Origin: Carcharhinus amblyrhynchos
Taxonomy: Eukaryota
NCBI GenBank assembly: GCA_965287045.1
Contig: OZ336885.1
Coordinates: 61,690,001-61,754,000 of the forward strand
Reading direction: 5' to 3'
Length of the DNA: 64,000 bases
This document shows positions 51,900 to 63,893 of the stretch, one piece after another. Under the pieces are notes generated by a model that saw only the letters and a list, made by a program, of their open reading frames with translations, made no database searches and was not told the origin of the DNA. Each line of letters begins with the position of its first letter. Within the stretch, counting starts at the first letter, position 1. The position numbers and the translations under genes were made by a program.

Positions 51900-52700
51900 T
51901 ATCTTCAAGTCCGAACAGTGAGTGTGTTGGAATGGAACGTCTGGAAAGTGATTTTCCGGAGTTTCTGCAGGTACTGTCCTTGATGATCGTTTTGGTAATG
52001 CGTGTGAAGATGAGATATCAAGTGAGATACGCCACACAAATTTACAACTGAGCATCTATGCTTGATGTGGTCAATGCTTGTGCAAGGAAAATCAGTCATG
52101 TGGCTGTCTTTTTTTTTCTTGCATGGAGTGAAGCATCTTGGATGAAGTAGGAGTTGCACGCATCCAGCAATTAATCAGCTCCTAAATTGTGCCTTGAAGA
52201 TTGTGGATACTTTCTGGGGCATGCGTTGAATGATTCTTCATATATGATGAAATCTTGCCACAACAGTAATTCAGTGGCCTGCTCCATTTATTTTCCAGAA
52301 AACGACAAACCGGAGGATTTCGACAATGAGGAATTCAATGTTTCAAGTGTCATTGAATGTCATGCTATGATGTTCATATTACATTTTGCAATGTTCTGTG
52401 CATGGTCACTGTGAGGAGTGAAGTTAGCTTTCGATGTGTAAGCCCAAACGTGTATATAGTTCAGGTCCTCCTGCAGTTAAACTTTGAAAGTTTCAGTATC
52501 CCAATGGGTGCCAAACATCGTACAATGATCAGCCAACATCTTAATTACTGCATTGTAGCGGAAGGAAGATACTTAGTGACGTACTCTGACTCGCGATCTT
52601 GCAGGTTGGAGTAGAGATACACATCAATATTGTTAGAATTTAATCGGAGCTTGCAGATCATGCAGTGACCAATGCATTCATCCTGTTTTTTGAAATAAAA
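51900..52700 (-). pseudogene. Compact decayed V (52414-52700), J (52255-52300) and C1 (51900-52170)
   Basis: V reads MICKL...VYL(W)Y...EYV..IGILKLSK...TIYTF(C), followed by a perfect CACAGTG (52407-52413); J WKINGAGH*ITVV; C KTAT*L...DHIKHRC(W)SVVN...GQY. Confidence 0.5.
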
Positions 52701-53279
52701 ACACTGCATTAAATTGGATGAAGATCGGCCTAGGTGATGCTAGGGACCAGCGGCACAGTCAAACATGGAACACTGATCCAGAAACTTCAGGCTGAAGATC
52801 TATGTGAATGTTTCAAAAATGTAATATTCACTGATGCTCCAACCCTCCCGACGAACTCCAAGTCATTTTGGATGGGGATGTTTGTAGGGCATCGTCTTTC
52901 AAAGGAATTGATTATTTTTTCCAGCACTCGTGAAATAAGTATGTGACCGGACTCAGCCCCTTGCCGACTCACTTAGGCGATCAATATCGTTTTGCGTCAT
53001 GATCTGCTGTAAAAGAACAAACCAGTGGAATAGAAAAAAAAACGAATGAGTTACTGCAGCCTGCCCGAGCTAAAACATCACTGCTATCAGGGATCATCTC
53101 TCTCTCACTCGCTCTCTCTCTCTCCCTCTTTCTTTCTCTCTCTCTCTTTCTCTTTCTACCTCTCTCGCTCTCACTCTTTCCATCAGCCCTTCCTCACTCC
53201 CTCTCTCTCCCTTTCTCCAACTCTGGCTTGCATTGGATTTCGAATGAATCAGTGGCTCTCATAGCTTCAGCCATGCCTT

Positions 53280-56200
53280 AGAGAAAGGACCACCTCAACA
53301 GCATACATTGAGGAGTTAACAAAGAAGCTAGATAAAGGAGAACCTGTGGATATGATTTATTTAGATTTTTAAAAGGCGTTTGACATGGTATCACGTAGGA
53401 AACTGCTAAACAAGTGAAGAACCTATGGTGTTAATGGTCCAACACTGGCATAGATGGAGAATTGTCTGACTGGCAGAAGGCAGAGAGTGGGGTGTTTTCA
53501 GTCTGGCAGTCGGTGACCAGTGGTATGCCTCTGTACTGTGACTAAACATTTTCACAATATGCATTAACGATTTGGAAGAACGAACTAAAGGCACTGTTGC
53601 TAAGTTTGCAGATGATGCAAAGATACGTCGAGTGACAAGTAGGGTTGAAGAATCAGCGGCAGCTGCAGGCGAATTTAGAGGGATTAGAAAATGAGCGATG
53701 TGGCAGACGGAATACAATGTGGAAACATGGGAGGCTATGCATTTTGGCAGGAGAAATGGAGAAGTAGAGTATTTTCTAAATTGGCAATGCTTTGGAAATC
53801 AGGAGCACATCGATATTTGGGAGTATTTGGTCAATATTCTCTTAAGGATAACTTGCAGCTTCAGTCGGCAGTTAGGAATGCAAATGCAAGGTTCGGATCC
53901 ATAGAAACATAGACAACGGAGAACAATATAGCACAATACAGGCCCTTTGGCCCTCAATGGTGTGTCGAACTATGTCCAAACCCAAGATCAAACTGCTCCA
54001 CTCACTATCATTCTGGTGCGTTTCTTATGCCTATCCAATAAACGCTTGGACGTTCCTAAAGTGTCCGAATCCACTTACACAGCAGGCAGTGTATTCCACA
54101 CCCTAACCTCTCTCTGAGTGAAAAATCTACCTCGGACATCCCTCCTATTACTGCCAACAGGAAGCTTAAAGCTAGGCCCCTTAGTAACAGCTATATCCAT
54201 CCGAAGAAATGGTCTCTGCGTGTTCATTCTATCTATCCACCTAATCATCTTATAAACCTCTATTAAGTCGCCTATGATCCCCCTCCGCTATAAAGAGAAA
54301 AGCCTCAAACTTTCCTTATAAGGCTGCCCTCCAAGCCAAGCAGCAGCCTGGGAAATCTCCTCTGCACTTTCTCCAATCCTTCCACATTCTTCTGAGAGTG
54401 ATGTGACGAAAGCTGCGCACAATATTCCAAATGTGGTCTCACCAAGGTCCGGTATAGTTGCAGCATAACCCTAAGGCCCTTAAACTCGACCACCTGTTAA
54501 TAAATGCTAACACACGATAAGTCTTCTTCACGGCTTTATTAACTTGAGTGGGAACCTCTGTGGATAAAGATCTGTGGATATGAACCCCAAGATCTATCTG
54601 TTCCTCCACCTTCCTTAGTACCCTGCCGTTGACCCTTTAATCCACATTCAAGTTTGTCCTACCAAAATGAATCACATCACACTTATCAGGGTTAAACTGC
54701 ATCTGACATGTTCGGCCCAAATCTGCATTCTATCAATGCCTCTTTGCAGCCTGCAAGAGCCCTCCACTTCATCCACTGTTCCACCAATCTTGATGCCATT
54801 AGCAAATTTACGAACCTACCCTTCAGTCCCCTCTTCCAAGTCAATGATAAAAATCACAAATAGCAGAGGACCCAGCACCGACCCCTGTGGTAGATTGCTG
54901 GTAACTGGCCTACAGTCTGGACGTTTCCCTTCCATCACCACCCCCCCCCCCCCCTCTGTCTTCTAAGAGACAACCAGTTATTTACCCAATCGGCCAAATT
55001 TCCTTGTATCCCAAACCATGTCTCCTTCTTCATGAGCCTACGATGAAGAACTTTGTCAAATGCCTTATTAAATTCCATGGATACAACATGAACTGCCCTA
55101 TCTTCGTCTACAAACTTAGTTATCTCCTCAAATAATTCAATCAAATGCATGAGGCAGCCCTTACCTCTCACGAGACCTTGCTGACTATCCCAGATTAAAT
55201 TGCATGTTTCCAAATGGTGATAAATGCTATCCCTCAAGACCCTTTCCATTAAGTTACCGACCACCAAGGTAAGACTAAGTGGCCTATAATTACGAGGTCA
55301 TTCCTATTTCCTTTCTTGAAGAGAAGAGCAACATTCACCACTCTCCAGTCCTTTGGCACAATCGCCATGGACAGTGAGGACCCAAAGATCAAAGCTAAAG
55401 GCTCCACAGTCTCATCTCTTGGCTCACGAAGTATCCTAGGATGTATCCCATCTGGCCCAGGGGACTTTGTGACCCTCATTTTGCTTTACAAAATTGCTAA
55501 TACATCTTCCCACACAACATCTACCTCCTCCATCCCATCAGATCTTTATCACACACCCATCCTCAAAAACATGGGCCCTCTCCTTGGAGAACACTGAAGA
55601 AAAGTATTCATTCAATGCCTCACTTAACTTTTCTGACTCTATGCATACGTTCCCACTAGTATCCTTGACTGGCCCTAACATCACTCTGGTCATTCTTTTT
55701 ATTTTTTCACATAAGAGTAAAAATTTGGGGGTTTTCCATTATCTAATCCGCCAAAGACTTTTCATGCCCACTCCTAGCTTTCCTAAGCCCTTTCTTTAAC
55801 TCATTCCGAGCTACCTTGTAACCCTCAAACTATCCAACTGAACCTCGTTTATTTATCCTTACATATGCTTCCTTTTTCCTCCAAACAAGATATTCAACTT
55901 CCTTGAACCGTCATCTCGAGAGGGCTAGAATACAAGAACAGGTAAGTACTTCTGAGGTTGTGTAGGGCTCTGGTCAGACCACATTTGAAGTATTGTGATC
56001 AGCATTATTGTGCATATCAAGCACAATGCGTATATAAGGAAAGATGTGCTAGCCTTGGGAAGGATCCACAGGGTGTTCACAAGAGTGATCTCTGGAATGA
56101 AAAGCTTGTCACATGAGAAACGTATGAGAACTCTGGGTTCCTGCTGGAGTTGAAACAGACGAGGGGGGGAGATTTTATTGCAACTTACTGGAGTCTGCGA

Positions 56201-56535
56201 GGCCTGGAGAGAGTGGACGTATAGGGTATGTTTTCAATGGGACGAAAAACTCAAGCTGAAGGAACGATCGTTTAAACAGAGAGTAGGAGGCTGTTCTTCA
56301 GCCATAGAGTGATGAATCTGTGTAACTCTTTGCCGCAGAAGTCAGTGAAGGCTAGGTCTCTGAGTGTCTCTAAAACATGCATGGATCGTTTCTTGATTAG
56401 TCGGGGATCAGTGGGTAACGGGAAAAAAAGACGGTCGATTGGGAATGTGAAAAGGATCAACAATGCAACCAAGCAACCGGGCAGACTCAATCGGCCGAGG
56501 CTCGCAATTGTGCCCCTATGCCTTATGGTCTTATA
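53280..56535 (+). mobile_element. Old + strand CR1 interrupted by a nested - strand CR1
   Basis: + strand DFxKAFD...FADD...KANA stops at ~53900 and resumes RGLEYK at ~55918. Confidence 0.85.
53900..55905 (-). mobile_element. Nested CR1 LINE
   Basis: KSPGPDG, KAFDKV and LYRTLVRPHLEYC on - strand; (atagaaac) tail at 53900. Confidence 0.9.
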
Positions 56536-57137
56536 CAAGAGTACTGAAAGAAAAAAAAAGCTGTTCGAGATATTAAAATCAGTACATCCCCAGAATATTC
56601 CCCACGTAAGAACATCTAGTGGCGTTTTAAGGACTTTGTGAGTTCTACTTTTGTTAATGAGCGGGAATTGTATTTATTTGAACAACATATCATTAGAATA
56701 TTGTGTTAGCCGGGAATAGCAAACAGTTAGAAGAGATTTATTTGGTTTCTCAATTGTTAGGTTGATAGATGAGTACATTATTGCATGTTGATTTGGGAGT
56801 GACAGGTACGCATTTTGTGCTTAAAATAATAAGAATTTGCTGAAGATCACGTTCAGCCACTTCACAGACACATTTTAAAGATTATGTGAAAAAAAATACT
56901 CGTAGTTGGGTGTTTCGGATTTAGTTCTCGGGGGGTGGGGGCTGGGGGTGGGGGTGGGTTGCGGGATCAAATTTCGCTTTATAAACGTGCATCCCCAAAT
57001 TTAAGCTAAAGATATTTACTGAACAGTTGAATTTGAGATCATGACACTGAATCTTGTGGTCCTTACTTAAACAGCAAGGCTGATGAGCGAAGGACATTTT
57101 ATACAAGTTATGCGATGATTTGCATTTCATAAATATG

Positions 57138-57275
57138 TCATCGGCGCTGGAAATATAACAAATGTGAAAATGTTCAGACCAGGCGTTGTACCCCGTGCCA
57201 GCATTATGATTATGGCACGGGGTACAACGCCTAGTCTGGACATTTTCACATTTGTTACATTTCCAGCGTTGATGA
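57138..57275. repeat. 138-bp quasi-palindrome (63-bp arms, 12-bp loop)
   Basis: aggcgttgtaccccgtgcca / tggcacggggtacaacgcct pair exactly; about 5 mismatches further out. Confidence 0.95.
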
Positions 57276-57344
57276 ATTTGCCGAGCTAACATCTGAGTAT
57301 AAATTCGGAATGACTTTCCTCTCCTAACTCTACAAGATTGTTTG

Positions 57345-59000
57345 CATTCGCTTATCTCTAAAACGTTGAGGCGGACCCGTGAGCACTTTACTTGAAAATC
57401 TACGAAATTGTGTTCAAAGGCCAGCTGCGGCAGAAAAATAAATAAATAAAGGGCATGTGAAACGAATCCAAAATCACAGGTACGCTAAAGCAGCAAGGCT
57501 GTTGCAAAATATCGCTAATCTGTCAGAAAGCACGTAATAGGATATTTGTTCCTCCTTTTCTAAAACACGTATTTGTTGAGGTTTGCAATTACGACATAAC
57601 ATAAATAGCGAACAAAATGTTATGAAGGATTGATACGCCAGTTATCGGATTTCAACAAACTGCAAATAATTACACGTGCTACCATGCCGTGAGGAAATAT
57701 TCTTTTCAGCATTGGCGAAGAGGAAACATTTCGAAAATTTTCACAATGTCGCCCCTTCCAAGGAAAGGAGACGCAAAGAGAATGAATGTGTTTGGAACGC
57801 TGAATACTTAATGAAGCATGTTCTATTTCAGCATTCAGGTTCATATATTGTTGTTAATATTTGATTCGTCATAACGACAAAGGAGCGGCAGATTCTCGCA
57901 CCAGCAGCGATTGAGGTGGAGGGGTGGAGGAGGTGGATATTTGAGATGTTTGGTCTGTTTTCCAGATTCACACTCATATCTATCTTAAAGTAGGAAGATT
58001 CGTTTGCAGACAATGATAACTATGATTTAAGTAACACGAAACACGATGCGCTAGCACCCTGTAGCTCATCATCGGAATCACAATTCCTCCCCCCCCACCC
58101 CCAATACATAACGTTGTAGCCAAACAAGCCATCTGTAATGGCGTTGTGTAAAGCACTATGGGCCAACTGGGCAAGAAACTAAACCGACAGGCTGCAGTTT
58201 AAAGGCAGACAAAGAGCCTGCAACCCTGATGGGTGAATACACAGGATAGGGGCCATCTCCAGGATGAAAGAGACTTTCTGGTCACACTGGGTTGTGTTCC
58301 AGACACAGGGGCTCCGTGAATCCTTACTTAGGAGGAAGGTATGTGACCTATGTGCCTACAACACCTACAGGCATAGCCGCTGGGGACACACCCAGAGATC
58401 GGTGTGGTAGCACCTGATTATCGATGAGGGTGATCAAGTCCTGATCAATTGATTGGCAATGGCCAAAAAAGGGGTGTGAAACCAAACGGGGTATAAAGGA
58501 TGCTGCACAACCAGGAATCTCTCTCTCTCTCTGACCCCACAAACGAGCTACAACGACGGAGAGCCACCACACCTCAGAAGGAAGGAAAGAAAGAAGATCA
58601 GAGCCAGAGTGCCACACCAGACCAAAGGACCGGACTACGCAGACAACTACCAAGGCCAGTGCAGAGATAAAGGCCAATATCTGTTTGGTTACTTGTCAGT
58701 CACGCAAAGTTAAGTCAAGGTCTTGTATTGTACTTGAATTCTAGTATTTTCTGTAAGATAATTATTGTTGGCCGGGTGGGTAATTATTGATTGTGTGGGT
58801 TAAAATAAATATTGTTTGTACTAATAAGACGCCTACTCAAAGTTATTTGTCCACCGTATAAGGGTTAAAACAGACTGATCTTTCAACAACGTCAAAAGTG
58901 AACTGACTGATGATAGATACCGCTGCAAATGTCGGATGTTTTGAGGGACTTAACTTCTTCTTTGGATGGAACGGTTTCTTCTGTTGAAGTGTGTTTCATA
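57345..59000 (-). pseudogene. Decayed delta-like C exon (57960-59000, split by solo LTR) and TM (57345-57422), partial unit D
   Basis: KPFHPKKK...TFAAVSIISQFTFDV; TM after ctgccgcag reads LNTIS...LNVL; paralogous to the 37-kb copy. Confidence 0.55.
58115..58888 (+). mobile_element. Solo LTR, 774 bp
   Basis: TG...CA ends; ACGT target-site duplication (58111-58114, 58889-58892); TATA-like gtataaa at ~58491 and aataaa at ~58804; absent from the 37-kb paralog. Confidence 0.9.
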
Positions 59001-59724
59001 CAACTAACAGATACAATAAAGATTTTACAAGGATATAGTCTTCGAATTTTTGCACACATGTAATGTGCAGGCTGTTGAAGCCAAGGTTACCTCATTTAAT
59101 TCCTGCATTCATGGAGCACAGCCGATTATTTACTTGCGTGGCCATCGGATATTCACCACCATTGTATCTGGCATTATGAATAAAATAGAGAGGAGACGAT
59201 GGACCAGTGGTATTATCGGTCGACTGTTAACCCGGAAATTCGGCGAATGTTTTGGATACCCGAGTCCAATACCCGCCACGGCAAGGGCACAAGTTGTTTT
59301 TTTTTTATAAATTCTGGAATTAAGAAAATGAAACCATTGTCGAATTTAGGGAGACTCATCTGGTTCACTAATGCCTTTACCTGGTCCTGCCCACATGTGA
59401 CACCAGAGCCAAAGCAACGTGGTTGACTCGCGACCGCCTTCCAATGACAGCAAACGCTAGACAATAATGCTAGCCCAGAAAGCGGCGTACATGCTCCAAG
59501 AACGAATAATTAAATATTTTTTTAAAATTGACTCATAAGTATATGTCACTGAATTGGCATTGCACTCCAAAGTAACCGGTTTTATCCACAGTACAACCTT
59601 TGCTCTCGCTGTCCGTGGACATTGAACTGTGTTTGCATTCAACGTTTACTTTTTAGAGTACTTTCTATTTTGACCGGATATGAAACTCACAAGTAGGTAG
59701 ACTATCGAAATATTGTGTGCTTAC

Positions 59725-59810
59725 CTCAAGGTTTATATCGTGCAAAGCACGAAACGTATCTCTTCGCTTCCGAGACAATGTCAGAATCTTCGAATGTTCG
59801 CACAAGAAAT
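59725..59810 (-). pseudogene. Decayed J with long-spacer RSS remnant
   Basis: gacaatg-N21-acaagaaat on +; DTFRA...LE|gtaagc. Confidence 0.45.
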
Positions 59811-60434
59811 TCAATGGAATCGATGAGTGCCTTATTTTGGGACTGGGGCGGTGGGTTTGTGGGACGTTGTTGTGGTGGGAAATATGTGATAAGTTAAGTG
59901 GACTATAATCCATGGTAAATACAGAAATTGGCAAATAAGAAATGTCCCTTGATATTAAAACAATGAAACCACTTTCCAATGCATTCAAAATCTATGAATT
60001 TCTGGAAGACAAACTGACTTATATGGCCTGTCTTACGGGAATGTTGGAAACGTCTTATGTTGTCATTGGTCTTGTGATCCAGAGAGCCAAAGTAATGTGT
60101 TGCTGGACCCTGGGTTCAAAACGCATCACAAAAAATGTTGGAAGTTTGATTCAATCAGCATGTGGAACTGAAAACTGAATGGTAACCAATAAACCATAAT
60201 CACTTTTTTTTTTCCTTCTTTAATATTTACCTCATGTCCTTTGGAGCACAATAATTCTTTCCCAAACCGGTCTGGTCTACACATGACTCCCGATCTTCAG
60301 CAAAATAGTTGCTTTTAATTTCTGTCACTCATACCATCGTGAAGGGGTGAGGTTAATGGATGACAATTTGTTTGTCCGAGACAGCAACACCCACATCACA
60401 AGAACGAACTAACAAAACAAAAAAAAAGTGACTT

Positions 60435-60996
60435 TCACTGAACAACAATGTCGATAACCATGAGTAAGCTCAGAAGATTGCAGCAAGCCAACCAGATATT
60501 TCCAACTTTCAGTGAAGTGTGAAACAATGGCGAAAATATAAGGATTGCTGCGTCTTGGCCAGGCTTTGGCGTCGGCAATTCAAACACAACTGCCCATGGC
60601 ACTTTAAAGTCCTCCTTGCTAACAGGTGTTGTGGATCCAAACACTTGGCTGTCTGTGCTACACTCTCGTGAATTCCGACAGTTATTTCTCACATACATAC
60701 ATTGCAAGGAAGTGCCAAGCTAGCTCCGCAACTATCCTTTGGTTAATCACAACACAATTGACAGACTTCAGCCATCTGGGGTCCCCCATTGTGATATTGA
60801 ATCGGTCGAGGTACACGTGGATTATCACAACATCGATTCACATCCTGATGGTACCTGGTGTTGTCTGTCTAAATTTAGACTAAGATATTTCCTGCGTATA
60901 AGTATCTGCTACCACACAAACTGTAGCATCCACACAACCCGAATTCACATCCAATTGGCCACTCTTCCTCAGGGCACAACCTATCAATCAGCACCC
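60435..60996 (-). pseudogene. Decayed VH-like V with fused J and an in-frame downstream extension (unit D head)
   Basis: Polypyrimidine-cag acceptor; single frame LDVNSGCVDATVC...FRQTTPGTIRM*(W)I...ELAWHFLAMYVC; 49 nt later QVFGSTTPVSKE. Confidence 0.6.
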
Positions 60997-61616
60997 CTGC
61001 TTGTGAAAAAAAATGGAAGACGTATTTTGATAGCTGTGGCGCAATATATACCCTGGATGCTGGAACACTAATGAAGAAGAGGGTAGTATCACATTTGCTG
61101 AATGTGATTATTTTATATTATTCGTAGGGCGACAGCATCACTTTCTGTCCCGTAATCTAAATCCAATGTCACCCTTCACCAGACACTTAAGGTGCAGATA
61201 CATTGTTACGCAGTAGCCAGGTTAGAAAAAAACCAACATACCCTTCTCTCGTGGACATTAGTGAAGGAAAAGTGATTTTTTTTACTGAAAAATTAACGGT
61301 TGTTTTATGGTCATCAGATGTTTTTATATCCAGATTTTTATTGAACTGAAATTCATGACTGGCCGAAGCGAAAGTTGAAGTTGGTCCCCAGAGCACTTCC
61401 CTGGGTCTCCAAGCTATTAGGCCTATGAAAGTGCACAAGCTGTGTTTGGGATGGTACTGTGGAAAATGAGAGCGAATTAGGACCGGTAAACGACTTTTGG
61501 GTTTTTCTACAATAAATTACCTTACGCTCATTGATGTGACTATGAAAAAATATCTTTAGATATGAATTTCCCTGTATTAGAATTGTACTGTAATCACTTC
61601 TGCCGATTCTTTTACA

Positions 61617-61630
61617 TATCCCCCCTTTGA
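61617..61630 (-). promoter_or_regulatory. Retroviral polypurine tract abutting the presumed 3' LTR start (TG at 61616)
   Basis: - strand tcAAAGGGGGGAtaTGTAAAAG downstream of env. Confidence 0.7.
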
Positions 61631-61985
61631 GACTATCTTCTAGTCTCATCCCAATTCCCAAAAGCTAGCTTAGGTAGTCCCTTTGCTTGATCCTGTTCAC
61701 ATACACATATTTTTATCATACTTACAAGCAATGTGGGGGAGCCAAATATTTTGGTCAGGGATCAATGTCCCTATTCTAACTTTATCATGGCCTGTCTATC
61801 AAAGTCCTGATTCTTAGGTTGCTCCCCCAGATTGCCTGCTGCTAACAGTTATCAGCCAAAAACCTTTCCACTCTTGTCTAGGGAAGGGAAAAAGACTGAT
61901 CACTGTGTACAGACTAAGTTTCTTGGTCTCAATAGGTATCAGCAAGGTGTTATTGTTGTCATAAGGCTATCTTCCACTATCGTAG

Positions 61986-63893
61986 CTATTTTACAGAATG
62001 ACAAGTTTCAATTTCGACCAAGGTCATTGTGAATTCATCCAGCGGGGGCAGTTCAATGTCTCCACATTCCTTTGTTTCTTCTCCTGAAAGTGGGTTGCTT
62101 GTTACTTGTGTCACCATCTGTCGCACTGCCAGTCTGGCAAGGAGGGATCTCAGGACCGGTAAAAAACAGCAAAATATTAATCCCAGGATGATTATTGTCA
62201 TGACCACTACAACTCCAGCTTTAACAAACCAAGCCCCCCATCTTCCTAACATACTGTCCAGCCAATTCCACACTTCATGCCCAAACCCAGCATTCTCCTT
62301 CACCTCCCTCCTGAGATTTTTCAGCTTAGTCATGGCCTGTGTGAATGATCCCTCTGAGTTAGTGTTATTAGGGATAAATGTGCAGCACTGGTCCCCAAAC
62401 ATGACACATACTCCTCCTTTCTCTGCCAGAAGCCAATCTATTGCCTGTCGATTCTGCCAGGCCATTTCGCTGGTCGCATCCAATTGTTCACCCAATGCCT
62501 CAAGGCCATCATTTGTATGATTAATAAACCTTTGTTGATTATAATAGATATAATTAATCCATTCAGTATTTTTGTTGGGTGTAATCCAAACCAAAATAGA
62601 TTCAAATCCAGCGGCTATCTCGTTCCTAGCTTTAAATTCATTAGGAATGCCTCGGGGCTGTCCAATTGCGTCCAATTCTACCTCGGGATTAGGGGTGTAT
62701 GCTCTTTTAACCTTTCGGGATTTTACTTTATTTTCTACTGGCAATATCACAGTACTTTGGGCCAGCATGACTCGGGCACACAATCCCATCCAGTTTGGCG
62801 GTAATCGTGCCAACAACCCTTTCTCTGGGCCACATAGCCACCAGAGATCGGCCAACTGCTTTATCTGTACATCCAACACCCACGGAGGAGGTGGGGTCCC
62901 CCTTTTCTGTGGGATATACAAACTGGAAATATCAGTCACACCCCATATCCTTTCACATCTCCCTGCATACTCCCCTAGCTCGGTTCCCTTACTATCCTCT
63001 CTCCAGTAGCAGTCTTGGATCTGTAAATCAGGGTCTATCCTCCACTGTTCAGGGGTCTCATCCATCGTTATTCGTGGCCACTTCGGGCACCTTGAAGCTA
63101 CATTATATGTGCTATTTCCTACTCCGGCATATAAAATGCAGTGGTATTAGCACACTGGCATTTTCCCCTTACAAAGATCACTGCATGACGTTCCCGTACA
63201 GTTTATCATGTGTACAGTAACTGTCTGATTCCCTACAGTTTGGGTGCGTGGGTGCGTTGCATATGTTCCCCGGCAGTTTTTTTTCTTCCAGTTTTGTTGC
63301 CAAGCCCTACACTCCCCTGATCCCCACGGTATGTCAATTACTTGCATGCGGGGTCTCTCTGATGCGCATACCACACACTCTTTCCCATCCTTGTTCTTCT
63401 GACCTGTATACTCAGCCCACTTCCACCACTTGTTTCTCTGTGCTTTTTCCCAAATAGTATCCGTGTTTACTGATCGTTTATTTTTTATCCGTCTTGATAA
63501 ATTACCTTCCCTATGTATTTTACTTCTCACCTCCTTTAGTATCTTATTCAAGGGTCCCTGCATCTTCAGCCCTAATGATGCCTCGCCTCCCCTATCCTTT
63601 AACCGCGCATCCTTTATATCCCGTCTTCCTTTATCACGAGTCAAGGAAGTCCTGGAGGGAAATGGTTCCCAAATCCCAGGTGGGGAAAGAGGCCCCTGCC
63701 CCTTCCTCACCTCCCTTTGTACCTTGGCTAATGAGCCCAGGCTGGACATTTGCATCATCAGCCAGCTCATGCACAGAATCATTTTCACCATCCTCCTCAC
63801 CTTTTTTTCTGATTTGGTTCTGTTCCTGTTCCCTATGACCCTCCCCTTGTAGTTCTCCCTCCTCCTCACTACTGCTCCTATCCAGATGATCAA
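61986..63893 (-). pseudogene. env: Endogenous retrovirus envelope, gamma-type TM, with one premature stop
   Basis: Signal peptide; CVVC; furin site RKVKR; IGQPRGIPNEFKARNEIAAGFES; immunosuppressive domain QNRQAIDWLLAEKGGVC with CX6CC; TM anchor. The two ORFs are in one frame, separated by TAA at 63147-63149. Confidence 0.95.

Noticed and set aside
51684-52055. A second, supporting V domain as in NAR-TCR (MLSCKF...SAVYH)
   Set aside because: The overlapping sequence fits a C1 domain at least as well; ambiguous, and an example of over-fitting risk.
8066-52690. Scattered minus-strand exon-like pieces read as one large host gene (dynein heavy chain or HYDIN-like)
   Set aside because: No P-loop or family motif holds up, and the same pieces fit V/J/C/TM spacing and recur in order.
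62029-63852. Several 100-160-aa plus-strand ORFs
   Set aside because: Antisense shadows of env; the same applies to ORFs opposite the CR1 and Penelope elements.
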